DNA from: an uncultured Alphaproteobacteria bacterium
GTDB taxonomy: Bacteria > Pseudomonadota > Alphaproteobacteria > Azospirillales > Azospirillaceae
Reading direction: 5' to 3'
Length of the DNA: 64,000 nucleotides
NCBI GenBank assembly: GCA_963848585.1
Contig: CAWKET010000001.1
Coordinates: 3,812-67,811 of the forward strand
Both the position numbers and the translations under genes were made by a program. The notes beneath the pieces were generated by a model that saw nothing but the letters and a program-made list of their open reading frames with translations, did no database searches and was not told the DNA's origin. This document shows, in pieces, positions 26,323 to 37,400 of this stretch (the stretch's first letter is position 1; each line of letters begins with the position of its first letter).

Positions 26323-27170
26323 CAGGGGTTTACTTTCGGCTCCTCGACCGCTCCGAGGCGAAAGGAGCGTGTCCCTTCCCTCGCGCGACGTGACGAAGGA
26401 AACAAAGCGCTGGCCGGCGGCTGAAGGCTGCGCCGGCAGAAGGAGACATATCCGGAACGGAAATGGATAGGAGCCGTCAGCCACGGTTTCGGCGGTGGGT
26501 TCCACGCCATCCAGCGGCAACGGCCGCAAGGCCAGCTTCTCCGCCCGCACTGAAGCAGGGAGGTTATCGCCAGCGACCCGCGGTCCGCAGAGCGAGATCG
26601 GCATTCTCCTGATCCGTGGCGCCCATGGGAATGCCCCGCCGCTGGTGCGCCTCATCCAGGGCGGCGCTCATTCCGGGCACCGCTTTGATGAGATAAGGAT
26701 ACTCGGAGCCGGATCGCGCCCGGAGAATGAGCTTCAGCGGCGTGCCGTCCGGCCAGGTCGGCCGTGGGTCCCGGAACAGGGCCGGCAGTTCGGCGCTTCG
26801 AATGCCGTATCCCTGATCCTGATGGTTGGCGGCGAAGACCAGCGCCGTGGTCATGCAGGCGGCTTCCCGAACACCCTTGGCGAGTTCCTCCGGTTTCAGC
26901 CTGCGCGCCGCAAGCCCGATATCGATCGCCCCCTCGGCAAGGCCTCGATACCCCCAGAGGTGCCCAGGCTGGCAAGCACCTCGACATCGGGTGTCCGGCT
27001 CCACGCTTCTGAAGCTCCTCCCCAGGATGCGCATGGCGGCCAGGAGCGGACCCGGTTCCACCGATGCGGATCGTTTCACCGGCTTGGGAAGGCATGGAGA
27101 CGGCGAGACAGCCAAGCATGGAGACAAATGAAAAGACGCCCGGCGATGATGCGAGTGTGCCGCAACGCAT
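26322..27170 (-). CDS. PstS-like periplasmic substrate-binding protein (frameshifted)
   Basis: Signal peptide, IRIGGTGS, GAIDIGLAARRLK, LDGVEPTAETVADGSYP. Confidence 0.75.
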
Positions 27171-27281
27171 TTTTCCGCCTTTCCTTGGAAAATGTCGGTG
27201 CTGGAAATGACGGCGCGTACTTCAACGCCGGAAAGCGAGCCGGCAAGGAAAGCGGAATTTTAAGTGAAATTAGCCGTTAAT

Positions 27282-28250
27282 TCAATCAGACCTGCGGCAT
27301 AGACCCAATGACAGCATGGCCTTACCAACGTCCCTTTCACCCGAGAAAAGGCTCCACGGCCCGGCATCCAGGTAGGCCAGCAGCGCCTCCCGGAACGGCG
27401 TGATGCTCTTGTAGCGCGCCGTGTCTTCCGGCAGCCCCCTCACCGCCTCCGCCAGCCGGGCAAGTTCCTGCGGGCGGTCCGCCAGCGACTTCCAGCGGGC
27501 GCTGGTGGGTGCGGATGGTGAACAGGACGGCGCCCGTGCGCGGCAGCCGGCGCAGGGTCTGGCGCTCGACCCGCAGGAAAATCCGCGCCCGGCATTCTCC
27601 GGCGTGATGTCCGGATCGGTGTCCCACCGGCCATGCCCGACGGGCTGGAAAAGCGCGGGATCATTCGTCAGCGACCAGTTGAGCCGCCAGACCGGGCGAT
27701 CCGGCGCCAGCATCCCGATGAAGCGGTCCACCGGCTTGCCCAAGCGCTCGGCATAGGACGGAACCGGCTCATGGATCGCCATCATCGGCCGCCCCAGCTT
27801 GTCCGACAGCCGCCAGCGGTTGGGAAAGCACAGCACGCCCGCCGTCAGCCGAAGCTCGCCATCGACCTCCTGAAGGATGCACAGATCCTCCTGAACCAGA
27901 CGGCCGGCGATATCCAGCGGATCGGGGACATCCCCTTCCACGGTCCAGCGGTCGCCGCTGACCCGGTTGACCAGCTCGCTCCCCGCACGCTCGAAACGGT
28001 CCGGAAACCGTTCCGGCAGAAAACCCGCCAATTGGTCCAGCACCTCGCGGCAAGCGGCTTCCGACCCCGGCAGCGCCCCCAGCACCTCGTCACGCCGTTC
28101 TTCCAGCAGCGACTTCCGCAACGCGATTTCGGCTGCGTACCGGCTGTCGATCTCGATCCAGTCCGCCGGCTTCAGGGCCATCAGCCCCATCGTCATGCGA
28201 TAGGGACCGTCGGCGAACGGCAGGTAATCGAAATCAGGCTCGGAGTTCAT
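27282..28250 (-). CDS. DUF3445 family protein (heme-dependent oxidative N-demethylase-like); C-terminus uncertain
   Basis: RLVQEDLCIL, LCFPNRW, KLGRPMMAIHEPVP, RLNWSL, RVERQTLRRLP. Confidence 0.82.
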   Translation of the reverse strand: MNSEPDFDYLPFADGPYRMTMGLMALKPADWIEIDSRYAAEIALRKSLLEERRDEVLGALPGSEAACREVLDQLAGFLPERFPDRFERAGSELVNRVSGDRWTVEGDVPDPLDIAGRLVQEDLCILQEVDGELRLTAGVLCFPNRWRLSDKLGRPMMAIHEPVPSYAERLGKPVDRFIGMLAPDRPVWRLNWSLTNDPALFQPVGHGRWDTDPDITPENAGRGFSCGSSARPCAGCRARAPSCSPSAPTSARWKSLADRPQELARLAEAVRGLPEDTARYKSITPFREALLAYLDAGPWSLFSGERDVGKAMLSLGLCRRSD

Positions 28251-28265
28251 TATTCAGCTTGTAAT

Positions 28266-28820
28266 TCAGCTTGCGCCGTTTCTTCCGGGATCTGGTGCTT
28301 CAGGATAACCGGCATCTGGAGCGCGCTGAACACCAGCGTCAGCGGCATGATGCCGAACACCTTGAAGTTGACCCATGCATCCGTGGGCATGGTCCGCCAG
28401 ACCACCTCGTTCAGCACGGCCAGCACGACGAAGAAGCAGGCCCAGCGCAGCGTCAGGATACGCCAGCCGGTCTCGCGTCAGGCTCAGCACCGTGCCGAGC
28501 AGCCGCTTCATCACGTTGCGGCGAAGCGCCAGACTGGTGAACAGCACGGTGGCGAACAGCAGGTTGACGACCGTCGGCTTCAGCTTGATGAACAGATCGT
28601 CCTCAAGCCACAGGGTCAGCCCGCCGAACAGCAGCACGAAGAAGCAGCCGACCAGCGGCATGATCGGCAGCTTGCGTTCGAAGTGCCAGGACAGCAGCAC
28701 GGCGACACCGGTCGCCGCCATGAAGGCGCCCGTGCCGGCCATGATGCCGGCTTGGCTATTGGTGACGAAGAAGACCGCCAGCGGTCCCGCTTCGATCAGG
28801 AGTTGGGTATATTGGTTCAC
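28266..28820 (-). CDS. yciB: Inner membrane septation protein A (YciB/IspZ), frameshifted
   Basis: [32 protein letters not shown] in shifted frame. Confidence 0.88.
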   Translation of the reverse strand: MNQYTQLLIEAGPLAVFFVTNSQAGIMAGTGAFMAATGVAVLLSWHFERKLPIMPLVGCFFVLLFGGLTLWLEDDLFIKLKPTVVNLLFATVLFTSLALRRNVMKRLLGTVLSLTRDRLAYPDAALGLLLRRAGRAERGGLADHAHGCMGQLQGVRHHAADAGVQRAPDAGYPEAPDPGRNGAS

Positions 28821-28917
28821 GCTGCTACACATAGCGGCGTAGCGCCGGGTCACAAAGTAAAATCCGCAACCCGGCGCGCCGTCAACGGCATCAGATCAGT
28901 CAGTTGACCGTCACCGA

Positions 28918-29500
28918 TCAGCCCGGCCGGCGCTCACCGGGGCCGCCTTCGGGACCCTGCCCGTGATGGCGTTCGTGCATGCCGGGGCCATGCCCACCCC
29001 AGCCGCCATGCCCGCCCGGCCCGTGCCGCATGAAGCGCTCGACCATCTCGTCGGCGGTCTTCTTCTGGTCCGTCCGTGAAGGTGGCGTAGACTTCATCCA
29101 GCGCCGGGCGGACCTGACGGATCTGGTCCAGCCGCATCGTCATCATCTCTTCCATGCGCTGGGCGCGCTCCGGCAGGGTCGCCGGGGGCTTCATCTTCGC
29201 CGGGTCGGCGCACATCTTCTCCATGGCGCCGCTGCTGCTCTTCACGGCGGTGGCGAACTTGTTCCACGCCGGGCGCTGAGCGTCGGTGATCTTCAACCGG
29301 GTTTCGGCGAAGGCCAGAGCGCCGGCGACCCGGGCATCACGATCCTCGCACATCCGCTCCATCATCCGCTCCATGCGCGGGCCGCGGCCTTCCCCACCGG
29401 GGCCGCCCGGTCCACCCGGACCGCCCTGGGCAAACACCGGAACCGCGGCGGTCAGCAGGGCGCCAAGTGCTACGGTCGCCAAAACGGTACGCTTCATCAT
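28918..29500 (-). CDS. Spy/CpxP (LTXXQ) family periplasmic protein
   Basis: Signal peptide, Gly/Pro-rich linker, LKITDAQRPAWNKF, His/Gly-rich tail. Confidence 0.82.
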
Positions 29501-29602
29501 AACTTCTCCATCTCTTCGTCATCCAAAGCGGGAACGTCCGCTTCGATGACCTGATAATGGGGCGCCACCGTTGCCGCTTCATGTCGGCCAACGGGGCATT
29601 TG

Positions 29603-29645
29603 GTAACGGTCTGTAACCGCCCCGTCCCGTGTAACGATCCGTTAC
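29603..29645. promoter_or_regulatory. CpxR-like direct-repeat boxes in divergent promoter
   Basis: GTAAC-N5-GTAAC (29603-29617) and GTAAC-N5-GTTAC (29631-29645). Confidence 0.55.
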
Positions 29646-29692
29646 AACATTTCCCTTACTCACCCTCCAGCCTCTGAACGATAGTGTCGGCC

Positions 29693-30431
29693 ATGGACAA
29701 GCAGCCCCATCTTCTCGTGGTCGACGACGACCGGGAAATCCGCACTCTGATCTCTCAGTTCCTCACCAAGCATGGCTATCGCGTGTCGAGCGCCGCTAAC
29801 GGGGCGGAGATGATGCAGGTGCTGAACACATCCCGGATCGACCTGATCGTGCTCGACCTCATGATGCCGGGGGAGGACGGCCTGTCGCTCTGCCGCCGCC
29901 TGCGCGCCCAATCGGGACCGTCGGGCGCCATCCCGATCATCATGCTGACGGCGATGGGCGAGGAAACCGACCGCATCGTCGGTCTGGAAATGGGCGCCGA
30001 CGACTATCTGCCCAAGCCTTTCAACCCGCGCGAACTGCTGGCCCGCGCCAAGGCCGTGCTCCGCCGCTCCACCGGCCTGCCGGTCGGGACCTCGGCGGAA
30101 CCGGCGACAAGCCGGGGCATGAGCTTCGAAGGCTGGCGGCTCGACATCGCCAAGCGGGAACTCTGGTCACCGGACAACGTCCTGGTCCAGCTCAGCGCCG
30201 GTGAATTCGACCTGCTGGTCGCCTTCGTCGAACACCCGCAGCGGGTTCTTACCCGCGATCAACTGCTCGATCTGGCGCGCGGACGCAGCGCCATGCCGTT
30301 CGACCGCAGCATCGATGTCCAGGTCAGCCGCCTGCGCCGCAAGATCGAGCCGGACCCCAAAGAGCCGACGATGATCAAAACAGTCCGCAGCGGCGGCTAT
30401 ATCTTCACTCCCGTCGTGAACAGGCTCCTGA
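29693..30431 (+). CDS. OmpR-family response regulator
   Basis: VVDDD, LDLMMPGEDG, GADDYLPKPF, DRSIDVQVSRLRRKIE; stop appears frameshifted. Confidence 0.93.
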
Positions 30432-30432
30432 C

Positions 30433-31821
30433 ATGCTCTCGTCCCTGGCGAACCGTATCTTCTCAGCCGGCATCGCGGTCCGCTTGGGCTTCACCGTGCT
30501 GATGGCGCTGGCCCTGACCCAGGGCGTCAGCGCGCTCGTCTACCTGACCGACCGTGGCGGAGAACCGCCGCCGCGCCACCACCACCCTCGGGAAATGGTG
30601 GAGAGGGTATCCGCCATAATCCGGCTGGCCGACGAGACTCCGCCGCAGTTCCGCCCCCGCGTGGTCCGCGCCGTCGATGCGCCGGGACTTGAGGTCGAAT
30701 GGCGGCCAACCGCACCCGACTTTCACCAGAACCAGACCGGCTTCCCGTTCGACGGGCTGCGCCGCCGCATGCGCGAGGCCCTGGACGATCCCGACCGCGA
30801 AATCCTGATCGAGGTCCACCACGGCCAACCCCGCTCCACTCCGGCCGGTCCGCTGGCGCCGCTGGAAGCCCGGATGTTCGGCAACCTGATCCAACTGGCG
30901 ACGCCGCTGTCCGATGGCACGTGGCTGGTCTTCCGCTCCGATCCGGACCGCGACGGCCCCTTCCGCCTGCTCCGCTTCGCGCTGTGGATGGGGCTGGTCG
31001 GACTGGTGATCTTCGGCCTGTCGCTCTGGGTCGGCCGGCTTCTCAGCGCGCCGCTCAAACGCTTCGCCGATGCCGCCCAGCGCCTCGGCATCGATGGCGA
31101 GGCGCCGCTGCTGCCCGAAGCCGGCCCGCGCGAGCTTCGGCAGGCGACGCGCGCCTTCAACCAGATGCAGACCCGCCTCCACCGCTTCGTCGAAGACCGG
31201 ACCCAGATGCTGGCCGCCATCAGCCACGACCTGCGCACGCCGCTGACCCGGCTGCGCCTGCGCGCCGAATTCGTCGATGACCCGGAACAGCAGCGCAAGA
31301 TGCTGGCCGACCTGGAGGAGATGGAGGCGATGATCGCCTCCACCCTCGCATTCGCCCGCGACGACGCCCGCAAGGAACCTCGCGTCACGATCGATCTCGC
31401 GGCCTTGCTCCAGAGCCTGGTCGATGACTTGGGCGATGCTGGCAACACCATCGAGTATGCCGGCCCGGAACACCGGACCATCGGCTGCCGCCCGGTGGCT
31501 CTCCGCCGCGCCATCGGCAACCTGATCGACAATGCGCTGAAATACGGCGGCTGCGCCCGCGTGACGCTGCTGGACCAGCAGGAGCCCGGACATGTGGCGA
31601 TCAGGATCGACGACGACGGCCCCGGCATCCCCGTATCGGAGCAGGAAAAGGTCTTCGCCCCCTTCTACCGCCTGGAACGCTCCCGCAGCCGGGACACCGG
31701 CGGCACCGGTCTTGGCCTGTCGGTCGCCCGCACGATAGCCCGCGCCCATGGCGGCGACGTGACCCTGCTGAACCGACCGGAGGGCGGCCTAAGCGCCACG
31801 CTGATCCTGGCGGAGGCATGA
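30433..31821 (+). CDS. HAMP sensor histidine kinase (EnvZ/CpxA-like)
   Basis: Two TMs, AISHDLRTPL, NLIDNALKY, DDGPGIP, GTGLGL. Confidence 0.93.
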   Translation: MLSSLANRIFSAGIAVRLGFTVLMALALTQGVSALVYLTDRGGEPPPRHHHPREMVERVSAIIRLADETPPQFRPRVVRAVDAPGLEVEWRPTAPDFHQNQTGFPFDGLRRRMREALDDPDREILIEVHHGQPRSTPAGPLAPLEARMFGNLIQLATPLSDGTWLVFRSDPDRDGPFRLLRFALWMGLVGLVIFGLSLWVGRLLSAPLKRFADAAQRLGIDGEAPLLPEAGPRELRQATRAFNQMQTRLHRFVEDRTQMLAAISHDLRTPLTRLRLRAEFVDDPEQQRKMLADLEEMEAMIASTLAFARDDARKEPRVTIDLAALLQSLVDDLGDAGNTIEYAGPEHRTIGCRPVALRRAIGNLIDNALKYGGCARVTLLDQQEPGHVAIRIDDDGPGIPVSEQEKVFAPFYRLERSRSRDTGGTGLGLSVARTIARAHGGDVTLLNRPEGGLSATLILAEA

Positions 31822-31837
31822 CGCGGCACAAGCGGCC

Positions 31838-32365
31838 TCAATACGCGTATACATGCTCCGGATAGCGGACTTCCGCCGTCGGATCGCGCTTGAAGTCTAG
31901 CAGCAGCACGACGCGGGTGTCCTTGCCCCGGTTCCAGGCTTCATGCTCCGTGGTGTCGTCGAACACCATCACGCCGCCGGGAGTCCAGCCCCTGGTTTCG
32001 GGCCCGACGCGGATCGCGCTGTCGTCGGATGGCAGCAAGCTGAGATGCGCCCGAAGAACTTCATTCGTGTAGCCGAAATGAGGGCCGATATAGGTGCAGG
32101 GCGCCAGGGAGGAGAAGCCGGCGGTGAGCAAGCCGGGGAACGTGCTCGATCGCGGCGATCGTCTTCGGGCACAGCGCCGCGTGCTCCTCGTCCTTAGACG
32201 CCGAATTTGTAGAGCGGGAAGACGGTCCAGTTGCCGTCATAAATGCTCTTTTCGGGCCAGGAGATGAAATACTGATCCGACAAGGCCAGCAGTTCGGCCC
32301 GTATGTCCATCCAGACCTCCGACAGCGCGGTGATGAGCCGGGAAGTCCGCTTCATTAAAAAACAT
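31838..32365 (-). CDS. Aspartyl/asparaginyl beta-hydroxylase domain protein (frameshifted)
   Basis: WTVFPLY, AGFSSLAP..IGPH, LRAHL, FDDTTEHEAWN. Confidence 0.82.
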
Positions 32366-32460
32366 GGTTGCGCCTCACAGAAATAAATATACTGAAAGGA
32401 GAATTTTATGCGAAAGCCGTATATCAAAAAACGATCCCGGAATCGAACCTTATCTGATCG

Positions 32461-33295
32461 CTAGCTCCAATCCCAATCCGCCGCCACCCGCCACCGCCGA
32501 TCATGTCGCCCCGCGTCCTGGGCCACGGCTTGGGCAAGCCCATCGCGCGGGCCAGTTCCAGGATCATCGGCGCCTGAAGGCGGGCTTCCGCCAAGGTCCC
32601 GGAATCGCCCAGCACGTCCGCCACCGGCCCCTGCGCCACCGTCATCCATTGCTCGAAGACGGCGACATCGGCCGCCCAGGCATAGGCAAGATCGACATCG
32701 TGGGTGGACAGCACCAGCGTCGTCCCCAAGGCGGCCACCGACTCCAGCGCCGCCATCAGGCGCGCCACACCATCGGCGTCCAGGCCGGCGGTCGGCTCAT
32801 CCAGCAGCAGCACTTCCGGCCGCATCGCCAAGCGCCCGGCAATGGCGACCCGGCGTTTCTGGCCGAAGCTCAGCATATGCGTGGGCCGGTCGGCCAATCG
32901 GATATGCCGAGAGCCTCCAGCGCGCCCCCGACCCTTTCCCGGACCTCCGCCTCACCAAGCCCAAGATTGAGCGGCCCAAAAGCGACATCGCGCTCGACAG
33001 TCGCGGCGAAGATCTGATCGTCCGGGTCCTGCAACACCAATCCCACGCGGCTGCGCCAGTCGCGCAAACCCGCGCCGGTCGTAGCGCCCCGGATTCCGCC
33101 CAGCAGCACCCGCCCGCCGCGCGGCTTCAAGGTCCCGTTAAGATGCAGGAACAGCGTGGTCTTGCCGCAACCGTTCGGCCCCAGCAGCGCCAGATTGCGC
33201 CCCCGCCGCACCGTCAGATCGATCCCGCGCAACGCTTCGACCCCGCCGGGATAATCGTAACGCACGGCTTCCGCCGCCAGAACTATGCCATCCAT
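32461..33295 (-). CDS. cbiO: Cobalt ECF transporter ATPase (frameshifted)
   Basis: GPNGCGKTT, QDPDDQIF, LSFGQKRR, LLLDEPTAGLD. Confidence 0.9.
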
Positions 33296-33329
33296 GGCTG
33301 TATATCGTCCGATCGCCGCAATGGCATTT

Positions 33330-34091
33330 TCAGGCGGCACTTTGCAAAAGTCCATGCAACGACGATACCGCCGCGACGGCAACCGGCAGCAGCGCCCCCG
33401 CGAGCAGCCACCCACCGGACGCCGCCCGGTCACTGCCCAATTGCGGCAGATCCCCCGTGAAGCCCCGTGCCGCCAAGCCCCGTCTCAAGCCTCCGCCCCC
33501 GGTCAAGCGAGCGCTGGAACAGGCTGCCGGCCAGCCAGCCGAGCGACCGGATGCTACGACGCGGCCCGTCATAGCCAAGGCGGGCGACCTGAGCCTGCCG
33601 CCCGACGATCCGCCCGCTCCAGGAAGACGAAAATCAGCCGGTAGATCAGCAGGATAAGCTCCCGCACCGGCCTCGGCACGCCGAGCCTGCCCAGCATCGG
33701 CACAAGCTCCGCGACCGGCGTGGTCAGGATCAGGAAGACCAGACACGACGTCGCCGCCAGCGACCGCGACGTAACCTCCGCCGCCAGCCGCAGCCCACCC
33801 GGCGCCAAGCCCGATATGCAGCCCGTCGGATACATCGACCGCCAGCGCCAGCACCGGGACGCCCGTCAGCAGGAATCCCAGCGGCACCGCCAGCGTCCCC
33901 AGCGCCGCCTTCAGCGGCACCCTGGCTCCCACGACCGTCAACGCCAGCATCACGGCGATCATAAGCGGCGCCGTCGGCCACGGCGGCAGGATCAGGGCAA
34001 CCAGCAGCATGCCGCCGGCCGGGACCAGTTTTTCCAGTGGGTGACGGTCGCTCCAGCGGTTGGTCCAGGCGTGGCGGTCAATCGCCAGCAT
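33330..34091 (-). CDS. cbiQ: Cobalt ECF transporter T component (frameshifted)
   Basis: [26 protein letters not shown]. Confidence 0.88.
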   Translation of the reverse strand: MLAIDRHAWTNRWSDRHPLEKLVPAGGMLLVALILPPWPTAPLMIAVMLALTVVGARVPLKAALGTLAVPLGFLLTGVPVLALAVDVSDGLHIGLGAGWAAAGGGGYVAVAGGDVVSGLPDPDHAGRGACADAGQARRAEAGAGAYPADLPADFRLPGAGGSSGGRLRSPALAMTGRVVASGRSAGWPAACSSARLTGGGGLRRGLAARGFTGDLPQLGSDRAASGGWLLAGALLPVAVAAVSSLHGLLQSAA

Positions 34092-34392
34092 GGACCTCGT
34101 CCCGCCGCTGCTTTCGCGATTCTCCCCGCGCCTCGCTGCGCCCGCGGCGCAGCCCGACATAGTACCCCAGCAAACCGGCGCCCAAGGCGGCCTGAAGGGA
34201 GAACAGCAGGCTTTCGATCTCCTTGCTCGGCGGCGTCCACAGCGGCTCGAACCAGGGCTGATAGCCGGCCTCGTCGATCACCCCCTGCGCCTGACCGTCC
34301 GAGCCGCCAAACTCGGCGTTGCCCGTAACGATCAGCGGCAGGACCACGATGGCCGCCGCCACCAGCAGCAATATCCCGTTCCGCCGCATCAC
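34078..34392 (-). CDS. cbiN: Cobalt transport protein CbiN
   Basis: [28 protein letters not shown]. Confidence 0.93.
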   Translation of the reverse strand: MMRRNGILLLVAAAIVVLPLIVTGNAEFGGSDGQAQGVIDEAGYQPWFEPLWTPPSKEIESLLFSLQAALGAGLLGYYVGLRRGRSEARGESRKQRRDEVHAGD

Positions 34393-35051
34393 TTCGCCCC
34401 CCGCAGGAAGGCCAGAGCCGACAGCTCATCCCGGCTGTACTGGGCCAGAAGGTTGACCACCACGACCGTCAGGATGCCCTCGACCACCGCCAGCGGCACC
34501 TGAGTGATGGCGAAGATCGACAGGAACTTGACCAGCGCCCCGCCAAATCCCGTCGCCGGATCGGGAAACGCCAGCGCCAACTGAACGGACGTCACGCAAT
34601 ACGTCGCCAGATTCCCCAGCGCCGCCGCCAGGAACACACCGACACTCCGCCCGAAGCCCGAAGTCAGCCGCCACACGCCCCAGGCGACCCACGGACCGAC
34701 GATCGCCATGGAAAAGGCGTTGGCGCCCAGCGTGGTGATCCCGCCATGGGCCAGCAGCAGCGCCTGGAACAGCAGCACGATGCTTCCCAGCACCGCCATC
34801 ACGTTCGGCCCGAACAGCACCGCGCCCAGCCCGACACCGGTCGGATGCGAACAACTCCCCGTCACGGACGGGATCTTCAGCGCCGACAGCACGAAGGCGA
34901 AGGCGCCCGACGTCGCGAGCAGAAGCTTGGTTTCGGGATGATCCTCGATGATGCGCCCGATCCGGCGCACGCCCGCCACCACGAACGGCGCCGCGGCGAC
35001 CGTCCAGGCCAGAGCGTGGATGGGCGGCAGATAGCCTTCCATGATATGCAT
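34389..35051 (-). CDS. cbiM: Cobalt ECF transporter S component
   Basis: N-terminal [30 protein letters not shown]. Confidence 0.95.
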   Translation of the reverse strand: MHIMEGYLPPIHALAWTVAAAPFVVAGVRRIGRIIEDHPETKLLLATSGAFAFVLSALKIPSVTGSCSHPTGVGLGAVLFGPNVMAVLGSIVLLFQALLLAHGGITTLGANAFSMAIVGPWVAWGVWRLTSGFGRSVGVFLAAALGNLATYCVTSVQLALAFPDPATGFGGALVKFLSIFAITQVPLAVVEGILTVVVVNLLAQYSRDELSALAFLRGAK

Positions 35052-35180
35052 TGAAACTGTTTCCCCCTCGGCGATGAAGGGGATGCATGGATGAAGCGCC
35101 CACAAGGGACGGCGGCATTCGGGACCACCGTTCCGGCTGGCCTTCCTCCCGGTGCACCCCGCCCGGAACATACGGCTCTT

Positions 35181-35387
35181 CCGGTGACGGCAGGTCTCCT
35201 GGCTCGCAGGTCGCAGTCGGTCGCCATGCCTTCCCAGCCCGTGATACGGGGCCAGTGGCACGAAGTCGGCGTCAACTCGCTGCTCACAGTTGCGGGGGCA
35301 GCCACGGATTAGGTCCCCAGAGGGGTCCGCCGCACCGTGTTCCCTATTAATCCCCCTCGTCGCTCGCTCGGGGGAACCTATCACCGG
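35181..35387 (-). ncRNA. Cobalamin riboswitch upstream of cbiMNQO
   Basis: AATAGGGAA-CACGGTG..AATCC, CTGCCCCCGCAACTGT, GCCACTG, GGGAAGG, AGCCAGGAGACCTGCC with closing P1. Confidence 0.95.
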
Positions 35388-35440
35388 GGTTGAAGCTAGT
35401 GGGCGGAGCGATGGCCCGTCAAGTGCTTAACGTGTGCGGC

Positions 35441-36076
35441 TCAGCAGAACGGCGGCGGCGTTCTCCCGCTGCTCCCAGCCGGCCCGCTCCAGTTCCGGGT
35501 CGGCATGCTCCTCGATCGGAAAACCGACGCACAGATAGGCCACCAGCGACCAGGAAGGCGGCACATCGATCGACCGGCAGACCGCCTCGGGGTCCAGGAT
35601 GGACACCCAGCCGACGCCGATCCCATGGGCACGGGCCGCCAGCCAGAACGTGTAGACCGCCGTCACGGTCGAATAGCGCAGCATCTCCGGCATGGTCTGC
35701 CGGCCCAGCCCATGGCCGCGCTCCGTCCCGTCGTCGTTGAAGACCGCCAGTTGGACCGGCGCGTCGTTCAGCCCCGCCAGCTTCAGTTGGGCGTAAAGCT
35801 GGGCGCGGTCGCCCGTATAGCCCGACAGCGCCTCGGCATTGCAGTGCTCGAAGATGCCGCGAACGGTAGTCCGCCGCTCCGGATCATCGACCCGGACGAA
35901 CCGCCAGGGACGGCTGTAGCCGACCGAAGGCGCCAGCGCCGCGACATGCCGACCAGCCGCTCGATCAGGCCGGCATCGACCGGATCGGTCCGGAACCGGC
36001 GCACGTCCCGGCGCCAGCGGAACAGGTCTTCCAGCCGGGTCTGAAAGTCCACATCGAAGATAGGGGCATTCGTCAT
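35441..36076 (-). CDS. bluB: 5,6-dimethylbenzimidazole synthase (frameshifted)
   Basis: WRRDVRRF, APSVG, LGRQTMPEM, GVGWVSIL. Confidence 0.92.
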
Positions 36077-37136
36077 GCCGCCAAATTGAATGAAGCGAGC
36101 GCCGCGCGCAAGCGCTCCCATGCCGCAGCATCCGGCGGCAGCCCGAACCGCAGCCAGTCCGGCTTGGCCTCGAAGCTGCGGACCAGGATGCCCCGCCGGC
36201 CCAGATGCTCGAACAAACCGCCGGCATCGGGCGTCCGCGCCAGCCGGAACAGGTCGGTGCCCCCGACCACCGCCAGCCCATGGCTTTCAAGCAGCGCATC
36301 CAACTCGCGCGCCGCATCCGCAAGCCGGACGCGGGTAGCCGCGATCCAGTCCGCATCCTCCATGGCCTCGGCGCCGATCTCCAGCGCCGGCCCGGCGACC
36401 GCCCAGGGGCCGAGATGGTCTTCAAGCCGCCGCACCAGATCCCCGCTCCCAAGCGCGAAGCCCAGCCGCAGCCCGGCCAGCCCGAAGAACTTGCCGAACG
36501 AGCGCAGCACGCACAGCCCCGGCCGTCCGGCCTCACCCGCGACGCTGAGCCCCGGCGTCACATCGGCGAAGGCCTCGTCCACCACCAGCAATCCGCCCCG
36601 CGCGGCCAGCCTGGTCGGCCAGCGCCACCAGCCGCTCCGGCTCGACCTGCCGGCCATCCGGATTGTTGGGGTTGGTCACAATGACGCAGTCGGCGCCGGC
36701 CGCCGCCTCCAGGGTCTCCTCGACCGTCACCCGATGCCCCGCCAGACGCCAGCACCGGGCATGCTCGGCATAGGTGAATCCCAGGATGGCGACATGGCCC
36801 CGCCGGCACCATCCGGGGGACCGCCTGGATCAGCGCCTGCGATCCCGGAGCCGCCATCAGCGCATCCGGCGGTGCTCCGAAGTACCGTGCCGCCGCACTC
36901 CGCAGACGGCCATATGCCGCCCGATCCGGCAGCCGGTTCCAGGCATCGGCGCTGATCTCCCCCGGTTTCCAGGGCCACGGGTTGATCCCGGTGGACAGAT
37001 CCACCCAGCCGCCGTCCGGCTTCCCGAAGCGCGCTTCGGCCGCATCCAGGCCGCCGCCATGGTCGCGGACCGGACCTTCCGCCGCCGGATTCGCGATTGA
37101 CGCTGATGCGGGGGGACCGTAAGACTGCTCACCCAT
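36073..37136 (-). CDS. cobC: Threonine-phosphate decarboxylase (CobC in P. denitrificans naming, CobD in Salmonella naming); frameshifted, start uncertain
   Basis: DHGGGL, DLSTGINP, NPNNPDG, VDEAF, RSFGKFFGLAGLRLG. Confidence 0.88.
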
Positions 37137-37137
37137 A

Positions 37138-37351
37138 GACATTGGTTCCTTGGCGCCCCGTTTCGGGTGCTGAGGTGAAAAGGGAACACGGTGAGGCCGG
37201 GCTCGTGAGCCGTATGCCAAATCCGTGGCTGCCCCCGCAACTGTGAGCAGCGAGTCGGCGCCGATACAAAGCCACTGGCCCCGGATCGAGACGGGCTGGG
37301 AAGGCAATGGCGTCCGGCTGGGACCTGCGAGTCAGGAGACCTGCCAATGTC
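37138..37351 (+). ncRNA. Cobalamin riboswitch upstream of cbiX
   Basis: AAAAGGGAACACGGTG, CTGCCCCCGCAACTGT, GCCACTG, GGGAAGG, AGTCAGGAGACCTGCC; P1 GACATTGG/CCAATGTC. Confidence 0.95.
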
Positions 37352-37400
37352 GCGCGCAACAACGATGGTCCGGGCGGGGTGCACCGGTGAATGAGGAAAC

